Below, piece by piece: positions 30,371 through 38,720 of a stretch of 64,000 nucleotides of DNA (position 1 is its first letter; every line of letters begins with the position of its first letter). This DNA is from Acidobacteria bacterium RBG_13_68_16. GTDB lineage: Bacteria; Acidobacteriota; Thermoanaerobaculia; Thermoanaerobaculales; Thermoanaerobaculaceae. The DNA lies in assembly GCA_001766905.1 (NCBI GenBank), contig MEKI01000137.1:30319-94318 (forward strand), given 5' to 3'. The notes under the pieces are model-generated. The model had not been told where the DNA came from and ran no database searches. It was given only the letters and a program-made list of their open reading frames with translations. Position numbers and translations under genes: made by a program.

Positions 30371-31855
30371 CTAGGCCCGCGCGGCGCGGTTGATCGCGAG
30401 GCCGCCGCCGCCCAGCAGCAGGAAGATCAGCGCCTGGACCGCGGTCTTGTACTGGATGGGCGAAGCCGTCACCGCGGCGATCAGAAACGCCACCCCCAGC
30501 AGGGCGATCAGCGCGTAGACACCGGTCATCACGCGTGCCGCCCTGCGCCGGGTCTCAGGAGTGTCCTCACCGAAGCGGCGCGCGAACAGCACCAGGCCGG
30601 CCGCCGCCAGCACGTCCAGGACCGCGAACATCACCCAGAAGAGGCGCGCCTGCGCCCCTGCCCTCGGCGTGCCCAACGCCGGCTTGAGCATGCGCTCATA
30701 GAGGAACGCGCCCAGGTTGGAGCCGAGCAGCGAGCCGAACACGCCGTAGAGGAACGCGTACCCCATGTAGACCGCCTTGCGGTCGGCCGGGGCCACGAGG
30801 CCCACGAAGCTGTAGTACTTCGGGTGGGCGGTCATCTCGCCGATCGAAAACACCGCGATCCCGGCCACGAAGACCCAGGGGTTGCGGGAGACTGCAAGAC
30901 AGGCGAACCCCACCGCCCCGAGCGTCATACCGGTGACCATCACGGGCAGGGCCGGCCGTTCCTTGACGACGCGCGAGACCAACACCTGAAGCAGGATGAT
31001 CATGCCGGCGTTGATCACGGTCACGTGCTCGGCGTCAAAGGTAAACGTCCACGGCAGACCGAGCGCGGAGAGCAGCGAGGTGACGGCCGCGCTGACCGGT
31101 GCCCGGTCGACGAAGTCGCGCAGGTACCAAAGTACCGACCCGAAGTTCTGGAAGTAGAGGATCCAGAACCCCGAATACACGACGATCATGAGCATGAACC
31201 GCGCGTCGCCCAGCACCTCGGCGGCGCCGAGCAGAACGTCCTTGAGCTTCTTGGTGCTCTCGGGGCGCGGTGGGTCCCGGTAGAGGAACGCCGCCGGCAG
31301 CAACATCAGCCCCGTATAGGCGGCCGAGGCGGTGAACACGTACTGCCAGGAGAACCCCTTCAGCACGCTCACCACCAGCGGCGCGAGGAACGCGCCCAGG
31401 TTGATCATCCAGTAGTAGATCCCGAAGCCGACCGACGAGGTGCGCTCGTCGGTGCTGCGCGCGATCGTTCCCGAGATGATGGGCTTGAACAGCCCCGAGC
31501 CGGTCGCCATCACCAGCAGCGCCAGGAAGACCAGCGCGTAGGCCGACATGTAGCCGGCCGCGAAGTACCCGGTCGCGAGGAGTGAGAACGCCACCAAGAG
31601 CATGCGCCGGTAGCCATAGCGGTCGGCGAGCGCGCCGCCCAGGATCGGAAGCACGTACGTCGCCGCGTAGACGATCCCCTGGAGGAAGCCGACCGCCTGT
31701 TCGGAGGCGCCGATGCCGCCCGCTGCGACGCCGATGGTCAGGTAGACCGCCAGCACCGAGTTGAGCCCGTAGTAGGCCGCGCGTTCGAACAGCTCCATCA
31801 CGTTGGCGACCCAGAACGTGCGCGAGAAGTCGCGCACGACACTCACCTTCGCCAT
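30371..31855 (-). CDS. POT/PTR2-family proton-dependent di/tripeptide transporter (MFS)
   Basis: 494 aa with the PTR2 signature WVANVMELFERAAYYGLNSVL and about 14 TM segments. Its stop abuts the OmpA stop with no gap. Confidence 0.88.
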   Translation of the reverse strand: MAKVSVVRDFSRTFWVANVMELFERAAYYGLNSVLAVYLTIGVAAGGIGASEQAVGFLQGIVYAATYVLPILGGALADRYGYRRMLLVAFSLLATGYFAAGYMSAYALVFLALLVMATGSGLFKPIISGTIARSTDERTSSVGFGIYYWMINLGAFLAPLVVSVLKGFSWQYVFTASAAYTGLMLLPAAFLYRDPPRPESTKKLKDVLLGAAEVLGDARFMLMIVVYSGFWILYFQNFGSVLWYLRDFVDRAPVSAAVTSLLSALGLPWTFTFDAEHVTVINAGMIILLQVLVSRVVKERPALPVMVTGMTLGAVGFACLAVSRNPWVFVAGIAVFSIGEMTAHPKYYSFVGLVAPADRKAVYMGYAFLYGVFGSLLGSNLGAFLYERMLKPALGTPRAGAQARLFWVMFAVLDVLAAAGLVLFARRFGEDTPETRRRAARVMTGVYALIALLGVAFLIAAVTASPIQYKTAVQALIFLLLGGGGLAINRAARA

Positions 31856-32358
31856 ACCGCCTCCGCTTCGCCACGATCCAGGGCCACAGCGATCCCGAGC
31901 CGCTCTCGCATCTGTCCGACGTGATCGGTGTCGTGGGCGAGTGCAAGCGCGACCAGGTCGGCCACGCTCGTCTCGCCCCTCACCGGGTGCACTCCGACCC
32001 GCGCCAGCCCGGCTGCGGAGCAGCTCGACAGCAACTCCAGTGTCTCAACTCTGCGCGAGCGAAAGCGCTCGAAGGCGACAGCCGGAGGCCACGAGTTGTA
32101 ACCCGCGAGCTCGGCCAGCACCGCCCCCTGGAACGGCTGCAGGAACGGCCGCTCTGAGGTGAGGACCAGGCGTGTCCGGGTGCCGAAGAAGAGCTCGGCG
32201 TCGGCGAGGTGGGCCAACACCTCGACGGGCGTCCACACGCCCTGGTCTGGCCGGCGCCTCCAGGCGTCGGGTGGGGCCAGGCGAAGCAGCTCCGCCACAC
32301 GCGGCGGCGTCTCCGCGAGCGCCTTGATCTGCACGAGGGCTTCCAGGAGGTCGGCCAT
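31843..32358 (-). CDS. DinB-family (DinB_2-like) four-helix-bundle protein
   Basis: 171 aa with His-containing helices (VLAHLADAELFF ... LALAHDTDHVGQM), characteristic of the DinB/YfiT superfamily. Confidence 0.75.
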   Translation of the reverse strand: MADLLEALVQIKALAETPPRVAELLRLAPPDAWRRRPDQGVWTPVEVLAHLADAELFFGTRTRLVLTSERPFLQPFQGAVLAELAGYNSWPPAVAFERFRSRRVETLELLSSCSAAGLARVGVHPVRGETSVADLVALALAHDTDHVGQMRERLGIAVALDRGEAEAVWRR

Positions 32359-32415
32359 GGAGCTCCGGGGGATTCTACGTCAGCGCCGCCCGGAGGGGCT
32401 GTAGAATCCGGACCC

Positions 32416-34461
32416 ATGGACGAGACACCCGCCGCACAGCCCATCCCGGGTCTGCCGGACAACGCGTATCGACCGCTGGCGCCCGGCGAGACGTACCAAC
32501 CGCTGATCGCGCCGGAGAAGGTCGTGCCCGAGCTGACCTGGCGCTCGTTGGTATTCGGCCTCGCGATGACGGTGCTGTTCTCAGCCGCAGCGACCTACAT
32601 CGCGCTCAAACTCGGACAGGGAATCGAGACTGCGATACCGATTGCGATCCTGGCCGTGGGTTTCTCTGCGCTCGTCTCGGCGAGCGGCCGGCGCCCGAGC
32701 ACGCTGCTGGAAAACCTCCAGGTGGCGACGCTCGGCGCCACCGCCGGCATCGTGGTCGGGGGCTCGGTGTTCGTGATGCCGGCGATCTTCGTGCTGGGCC
32801 TCGAGGGTCGCTCGGGGTTCTCCCAGATATTCCTCGTCCCCTTCCTGGGCGCCGTGCTGGGGGTGATGTTCCTGATCCCGTTCCGCCGCTACTTCGTTTC
32901 CGAGATGCACGGCAAGCTGCCGTTCCCCGAGGCCACCGCCACGACCGAGATCCTGGTCACCGGCGAGAAGGGAGGGCGCGCCGCGGGCGTGCTTCTCGGG
33001 TCCATGGGCCTTGGCTTCGTGCTCGACTACCTGGCGGCGGGTTTCGAGGCGTGGCGCGACACGTTCACCACGGCCCTGGTGCCGGCGTTCGACGGATTCA
33101 CCAACAGGCTCAAGGCGATCTTCACCCTCAACACGTCGGCGGCGGTGATGGGGCTCGGGTACATCATCGGCGTGCGTTACGCCGCGATCATCTGCGCCGG
33201 CTCGGCGCTGTCGTACTGGGTGCTGGTGCCGCTGGTGGCGCGAGTCGGGGGCCAGGTGCCGGGACCACTCTTCCCCGGCCTGCCACCGGTGGCGGGGCTG
33301 GACGCGGAGGGGGTGTTCGGCAACTACGTGCGCCTGATCGGCATCGGCGGGATCTTCGCCGCGGGGATCATCTCGATCGCGAAGATGAGCCCGGTGATCG
33401 TGCAGGCGCTGAGGACGGTCCTCAAGGAGCTGACCCGGCTGAAGGCGGGAGGGGGCTCGCAGGTCCTGCCCCGCACGGAGCGCGACATCCCGATGGGGCG
33501 CGTCGCCTTGCTGACGGGGTTGGGCGCCATCGCCATTGGGGTCTACTTCCGCTTCGTGGTCTTGGGCGGGATGCCCGGCGCGACGGGCAAAGCGCTCGTG
33601 GCGCTTGCCCTCACTCTGCTCATCTCGTTCCTGTTCGCGGCGGTGTCCGCCTGGGCGGTGGCGATGATCTCGATTACGCCGGTCTCCGGGATGACGCTCA
33701 CCACGCTGATCGTGTCTGCCGTCATCCTCTCCCACCTCGGCCTGGCGGGCGGGGACGGGATGCTGGCCACACTGCTCATCGGCGGGGTGGTGTGCACCGC
33801 TCTCTCGATGACGGGCTCGATGGTCACGCTGATGAAGATCGGCTACTGGCTGGGCGGGACGCCGAAGCGCATCCAGTGGTCGTTGCTCGGCGGTGCGGTG
33901 CTCGCGTCGCTCACGGTCACCGGCGTGATGTTGCTCTTCGCCTACACCGACGGTTACGTACTCTCCGCGGCCCACCCCAGGCCGTTGCCTGCGCCGCAGG
34001 CGAACGCGATGGCCGCGGTGGCGCGGTCGATGATGGGCTCGGGCGAGGCGCCCTGGTTCCTGTATGGGCTCGGCGCGGTGATCGCCATGCTCGTGGAGAT
34101 GACCGGCGTGTCTGGCCTCGCGTTCGCACTCGGGATGTACCTGCCGATGGACCTCAACTCCCCACTCCTGGCGGGGGCGATCGTGGCGTGGCTGGTCAAA
34201 TGGTCCGGCCGGGGAACCGCGGGGTTGGAGAAGGCACGCAACGACCGCGGCACGCTGGTCGCATCCGGACTCATCGCCGGCGGGGCGCTGGCCGGTGTGT
34301 TCAAGGGAGTCATGGACGCGGCGCAGGACCGCTTCCACGTCGGCTTGGTGCCGCACCTGGGTAACACCGGGTGGGGTGGCAACTGGCTCGGGCTCGCGGT
34401 GTTCGTCGCGCTCGGAGTGGGCATCTTCCTCGACGCCCGTCGCGCCAAACCGGCGACCTAG
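32416..34461 (+). CDS. OPT-family oligopeptide transporter
   Basis: 681 aa. Start revised to ATG 32416 (MDETPAAQPIPGLP). ELTWRSLVFGLAMTVLFSAAATYIALKLGQGIETAIP and a long polytopic body are typical of the bacterial OPT family. Confidence 0.88.
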   Translation: MDETPAAQPIPGLPDNAYRPLAPGETYQPLIAPEKVVPELTWRSLVFGLAMTVLFSAAATYIALKLGQGIETAIPIAILAVGFSALVSASGRRPSTLLENLQVATLGATAGIVVGGSVFVMPAIFVLGLEGRSGFSQIFLVPFLGAVLGVMFLIPFRRYFVSEMHGKLPFPEATATTEILVTGEKGGRAAGVLLGSMGLGFVLDYLAAGFEAWRDTFTTALVPAFDGFTNRLKAIFTLNTSAAVMGLGYIIGVRYAAIICAGSALSYWVLVPLVARVGGQVPGPLFPGLPPVAGLDAEGVFGNYVRLIGIGGIFAAGIISIAKMSPVIVQALRTVLKELTRLKAGGGSQVLPRTERDIPMGRVALLTGLGAIAIGVYFRFVVLGGMPGATGKALVALALTLLISFLFAAVSAWAVAMISITPVSGMTLTTLIVSAVILSHLGLAGGDGMLATLLIGGVVCTALSMTGSMVTLMKIGYWLGGTPKRIQWSLLGGAVLASLTVTGVMLLFAYTDGYVLSAAHPRPLPAPQANAMAAVARSMMGSGEAPWFLYGLGAVIAMLVEMTGVSGLAFALGMYLPMDLNSPLLAGAIVAWLVKWSGRGTAGLEKARNDRGTLVASGLIAGGALAGVFKGVMDAAQDRFHVGLVPHLGNTGWGGNWLGLAVFVALGVGIFLDARRAKPAT

Positions 34462-34546
34462 GCGTGGAACCTCACCGAGAGGGGTGGCCCATCCAGGTCA
34501 CGTTCGGCGCGGAGAACGAGCAGTCTTGACATGCACTAGGTGGTCC

Positions 34547-35914
34547 TCACCGCGCGACCTCTGCCACGCGGTACACTCCACCCGCCTCGCGCATCACGCC
34601 GTTCGCCCAGTAGGCCGCGAGCACAACGCCCTCGGCGGCCAGGTCCGCCACCGCGGCTCCCGGTGCGCCCCACAGGCGCACCAAGGACCAGCCGAAGACG
34701 AGGCGCAACGCGACGTTGAGCGCCGCGGTCGAGTTGGCAAGCTTCTCGCGACCGGTGGTGTAGAGGTGCAGGGTCGTGGTGGTGTTGAGCAGAAACGGGA
34801 CCGCCTGTACGGCGAGGATGCGCAGGGGTAACGCCGCGGCCGCATAGGCGCGCCCGAAGGCTACGACAACCAATACGTCGGCTAGCGCCAACCCGACCGC
34901 GACAGCCGCACAACCCGCTAGCGCCATGCGCACCAGCGCCCGGCCGTATAGGCGCTCACCGGCCATGCTGCCACTCTCGCCGTGGGCCGCCGCAAGCGCG
35001 GGGAACAACACCGCGAAGAACGACGCGGGAGCCAGCGTGAGCAGACCCTGCAGGCGCGCCGCGACCGAGAACATGGCCACCTCGGCTGGCCCGCGCAGGG
35101 CTTCGACGAGGAAGAGGTCGACGCGGAGCTGGAGTGCGCCGAGCACACCCGCCAACGCGAAGGGGAGGGAGCGGCGCAGCAGCGCGACGGTGCTGTCCAT
35201 GGGCGAGGTGCCCGGCGACCCGCCCGGGGCCGGGGCGGTCCCCTCCCTGGCGATCTGCGCCTCACCGCGGCGAAACAGCGCCATGCCGCCGAGCAGCTCG
35301 CCCACCTGCACGAGGATCAGCCAAGCGACGAGGGCGGTGACGGTTGGGGCCAGGAGGAGCACCGCGAGCACACCGGCGAGCTGCACCGCAAGACCCGTGA
35401 GGTTGACCAGCAGCACGTAGCGCATCTTTCCCCAGGCCCGAAACAGCGCCGCGAAGGAGCTGTTGGCCGCATTGAGCGCGAGGAGCACGCCGGACAGGCG
35501 GATGGCACCGACCGCGCCAGGGTCGGGTGCGAGGATCTCCGCTAGAGGCGGCACTGCCAGGAGCAGCGCGAAAGACCCACCGAGGGTACCCTTGGCGCGC
35601 AGCGAGGCGGCGAGCAGGGCGCGGCTGCGTTCGGGGCGGCGGGCTACCTCGCGGGTGAGGCTCGCCTCCAACCCGGCCTCGGCGACCATTCCGAGCACGA
35701 AGACCATCGCCATCACCGCCGCGTACTGGCCGAACGCCGTCGCCCCCAGCACCCGTCCGATCGCGACGGAGGTGAGGAACGCCAGCCCCTGGCCGACGCT
35801 GTTGTTGACCAGCAGGGTCAGGCCACGGTTGAGGAGCCCCTGCACGGGAGATCCACCACGCTCCGGAGGCGCTGACGATCCGCCGGGTACACGGGGGACC
35901 GGGGACGTGCTCAC
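34547..35914 (-). CDS. Wzx-type oligosaccharide/polysaccharide flippase (MOP superfamily)
   Basis: 455 aa with about 12 or more TMs and the polysaccharide-biosynthesis-protein N-terminus (LLVNNSVGQGLAFLTSVAIGRVLGATAFGQYAAV). Its start overlaps the upstream GT4 stop by 4 nt. Confidence 0.82.
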   Translation of the reverse strand: MSTSPVPRVPGGSSAPPERGGSPVQGLLNRGLTLLVNNSVGQGLAFLTSVAIGRVLGATAFGQYAAVMAMVFVLGMVAEAGLEASLTREVARRPERSRALLAASLRAKGTLGGSFALLLAVPPLAEILAPDPGAVGAIRLSGVLLALNAANSSFAALFRAWGKMRYVLLVNLTGLAVQLAGVLAVLLLAPTVTALVAWLILVQVGELLGGMALFRRGEAQIAREGTAPAPGGSPGTSPMDSTVALLRRSLPFALAGVLGALQLRVDLFLVEALRGPAEVAMFSVAARLQGLLTLAPASFFAVLFPALAAAHGESGSMAGERLYGRALVRMALAGCAAVAVGLALADVLVVVAFGRAYAAAALPLRILAVQAVPFLLNTTTTLHLYTTGREKLANSTAALNVALRLVFGWSLVRLWGAPGAAVADLAAEGVVLAAYWANGVMREAGGVYRVAEVAR

Positions 35915-37101
35915 GCCCGACGTCCCCTGGAGGATGCTGCAACCCTGGTTGCCGCGAGAACCCGGCGTTTCTCGACGAGGCGCGTGTACAGCCGGGTGAG
36001 CTGCCGCACCGAACTGGACAGGGTGTACCGCGACTCGACCGCTGCCCGGCTTGCCTCCCCGAGGGCGGTGCGGCGAGCCGGGTTGCGGGCGAGTGCCAGG
36101 ACCGCCTCGGCCAGCCCCTCATCGTCCCCGACCCGGACCGTGAGGCGCTCCCCGAACAGCTCCGGGAGCACGCCCACCGCGGTGCCCACGGTAGCGCGGC
36201 CGCACGCCGCCGCCTCCAGCGCCACCATGCTCTGGCTCTCGAAGCGCGACGAGAGCACGGCGAGGTCGCAGGCGCGGTAGTACGCGGGGAGTCGGTCATG
36301 CGCCACGGCCCCATGAAACGTCAAGTGGGGCTCCACTCCGAGCCTTTCGGCGAGGCGCTCGAGGTCGCGCCGGAGGGGGCCGTCACCGACCATGTGCAGG
36401 TGCGCGGCCGGGGTCGCGGCCGCCACGCGCGCAAGCGCACGGAGCAACGTTTCCTGGTCCTTGACGGGCACAAGCGACGCCACGTGGAGGATGCACGGTG
36501 CACCCGCCAGGTGCATCGCGGTGCCACCGCCATCGCTCGGATGGAAGAGGTTTGTGTCCACGCCCAGGGGCAGCCGTGAGAGTCGCCCGGCTGGTACGTG
36601 GGGCGAAGCAAGCCTCTCCATCTCCCGTGAACCTACGGTGACCACGTCCGCGTGGCGGAGCGCTCGGCGGACGAGCGTGCGACCGGCGATGGACAGCGCC
36701 GTGCCGTACCCGAGGCTGGGCAGGCCGACGAGCTCGCCGCCGACGAGGGAGACCACAGCCGGCATCCCGAGGGCCCTCGCCGCTGCGGTGGCGAGGAACC
36801 CGGCCTCGTCGGCCCACAGACCGTGGACCAGGTCGAAGGCAGCGCGCGCGTTCTCCCGGCGCACGCACGCGAAGGCTCTGGCAAGCAGCGCCAGGCGGCC
36901 GAACGCCCCGTCCTGGGCGGCGCCCAGCGCGTGCACGCGCGCGGAGAACGCCACGTAGCTCGCCTTCTGATGCGGATACCTCAGCGCGAACAGCTCGACC
37001 TCGTGCACCCTGGCGAGTTCCCGTACCAGCCCCGTAAGCGCCGGGACGCACCAGTCGCTCTCGTCAGCGGAAAAACCGGGTGTTAGGAGGGCCAGGCGCA
37101 C
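35911..37101 (-). CDS. GT4-family (GT-B) glycosyltransferase
   Basis: VRLALLTPGFSADESDWCVPAL... N-terminus and a C-terminal GT1 half (LLRALARV...LHMVGDGPLR...FESQSMVALEAAACGRATVGT). Start set at GTG 37101, 8 nt after GGAGG (alternative 37110). Confidence 0.85.
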   Translation of the reverse strand: MRLALLTPGFSADESDWCVPALTGLVRELARVHEVELFALRYPHQKASYVAFSARVHALGAAQDGAFGRLALLARAFACVRRENARAAFDLVHGLWADEAGFLATAAARALGMPAVVSLVGGELVGLPSLGYGTALSIAGRTLVRRALRHADVVTVGSREMERLASPHVPAGRLSRLPLGVDTNLFHPSDGGGTAMHLAGAPCILHVASLVPVKDQETLLRALARVAAATPAAHLHMVGDGPLRRDLERLAERLGVEPHLTFHGAVAHDRLPAYYRACDLAVLSSRFESQSMVALEAAACGRATVGTAVGVLPELFGERLTVRVGDDEGLAEAVLALARNPARRTALGEASRAAVESRYTLSSSVRQLTRLYTRLVEKRRVLAATRVAASSRGRRA

Positions 37102-37196
37102 CCTTTTCACCTCCCTGCGGGCGAGTGGTCGCCCCGGGCGGGTTTTCGGCCCCACGCCGTTGACGCCACTGTGGGCCAGCCGGACAATGACCCGCC

Positions 37197-38720
37197 ATGC
37201 GGTGGGGAACGAAGTGGCGAGACGTCGCGAGCCTGTTCGCGCTGTCGCTGGGCATGCGGGCGGTGGTCCCCCTCGGGACCGGATTCGACGGGCTGTACGG
37301 TCAGGATCCGTTCGCCTACTACGGCTATGCGCTGCAGCTGCGCGATGCACTGGCGGTGTTGCACCCACCGCCTCCGTTCTTCTGGCCCATCGGCTACCCG
37401 CTGCTCGTCGCTGCCGCGTTCGCCGTGGTCGGGGCGCACCCGCTCGCCGGTCAACTGGTCAGCGTCGTGGCCGGCGCAACGGTCGCCCCCGTCGTGTACC
37501 TCCTGGTGCGCGAGGCTGCCGGGCGGGCGCGGGCAGGGGCGTTGGTGGCCGGCGCCGTGGCTGCGGTCGGCCCTCAACTCCTCCTCTCGAGCCTTTCGGT
37601 GATGTCCGATGCCTCTGGCCTCGCTTGGGTCACGCTCTCGGCGCTGGCGATGCTGCGCTATCTCCGCAGGCTCGAAGTGCGATGGCTCGCCGCCGCCGCG
37701 TTCGCGCTGGGCTGGGCAGTGCTTACCCGCTGGGTGTACGCGCTGGCCGTGATCCCCTGGGCGGTAGCAGCGGCGATCGCCTGGCGGGCGGCTGGGCTCC
37801 GTCTCCGGAGCGTAGTGGCCGCCGCGGCGTTGGCGGTGGCGGTCGGGGGTGCGGTGATCGGGGTGCAGTTCGCTGGCGACGTTCGTGGCGTCGGGCCATC
37901 CCACGTGGGCGACCTGCAGGTGGTGAGCTGGAACCCGGCGAACGCGCTCCTGGCCACCGTGCGCAACTCCGATGGGGTCTTCCATTACCGCTATCCGATT
38001 GGGGTGTTTTACGCCCTGCCCCCACTCCACCCCGCCTTCGTGTTCCCGGTGTTCACGCCTTTCCTCCTGCTGGGGGTGGCCTCGCTGTGCTCGCTGCCCC
38101 GCGCGCTGGCAGCGCTGCTCGCGGGGTGGCCGGCCGTGGTGTGGATGTTCCTCGCCGGCATCGCGTGGGAAAACCCGCGCTTCTCGCTCGCGCTTCTCGT
38201 GCCGCTGCTGGTGTTTGTGGGCCTGGGTGTCCAGCGCGCGCTCGAGTTGGACGCGGGAAGGTGGAGGAGAGCCGTGGCCGGCGCATGTGCCGTCGGCCTG
38301 GTCGGGGCGCTGGCGTGGTCGGTGCGCGACCTCCGCCGTTTCGTAGCGGAGAAGGATGCGGCGCTCGCGATGAGCCGGTGGGTGGAGAGCGAGCTTCCCC
38401 CGGGCGCGACGCTCCTCACGTTCAGACTCACCAACACGGTCGCGCACTACACCTCGGTTCGGGCGGTCGAGCTGTACAACGAGAGCCCGGCGTCGCTGAC
38501 GGAACGGGCGTGCGGCCCGGATGCGCCCTACCTGCTGTTGGACGTCGGGAACCTCACGGCGCAGTGGAGCGGCCTCTCGCCCCATCTCAACTTCCTGTGG
38601 CTGCGCGACGAGGCCGGTCTCGCCGAAGTGGGGCGGCGTGGGGGGTATACGCTGTGGCGGGTCGGGGACCTGTGTCGCCACGCCGGGGAAGCGCCGCCTC
38701 CCGCGGTTTCCGGGCCTTGA
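37197..38720 (+). CDS. GT-C-fold membrane glycosyltransferase-like protein (PMT_2/ArnT-like)
   Basis: 507 aa and polytopic. The first-loop motif GLYGQDPFAYYGYALQL is followed by many TMs and a soluble C-terminal domain. Divergent from the GT4 gene at 37101. Confidence 0.7.
   Translation: MRWGTKWRDVASLFALSLGMRAVVPLGTGFDGLYGQDPFAYYGYALQLRDALAVLHPPPPFFWPIGYPLLVAAAFAVVGAHPLAGQLVSVVAGATVAPVVYLLVREAAGRARAGALVAGAVAAVGPQLLLSSLSVMSDASGLAWVTLSALAMLRYLRRLEVRWLAAAAFALGWAVLTRWVYALAVIPWAVAAAIAWRAAGLRLRSVVAAAALAVAVGGAVIGVQFAGDVRGVGPSHVGDLQVVSWNPANALLATVRNSDGVFHYRYPIGVFYALPPLHPAFVFPVFTPFLLLGVASLCSLPRALAALLAGWPAVVWMFLAGIAWENPRFSLALLVPLLVFVGLGVQRALELDAGRWRRAVAGACAVGLVGALAWSVRDLRRFVAEKDAALAMSRWVESELPPGATLLTFRLTNTVAHYTSVRAVELYNESPASLTERACGPDAPYLLLDVGNLTAQWSGLSPHLNFLWLRDEAGLAEVGRRGGYTLWRVGDLCRHAGEAPPPAVSGP

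Noticed and set aside
32581-34356. 591-aa minus-strand ORF antisense to the OPT transporter, and the 437-aa plus-strand frame at 33051..34364
   Set aside because: Highly charged Arg/Asp/His/Gly-rich translations with no motifs. The OPT frame is clearly the coding one.
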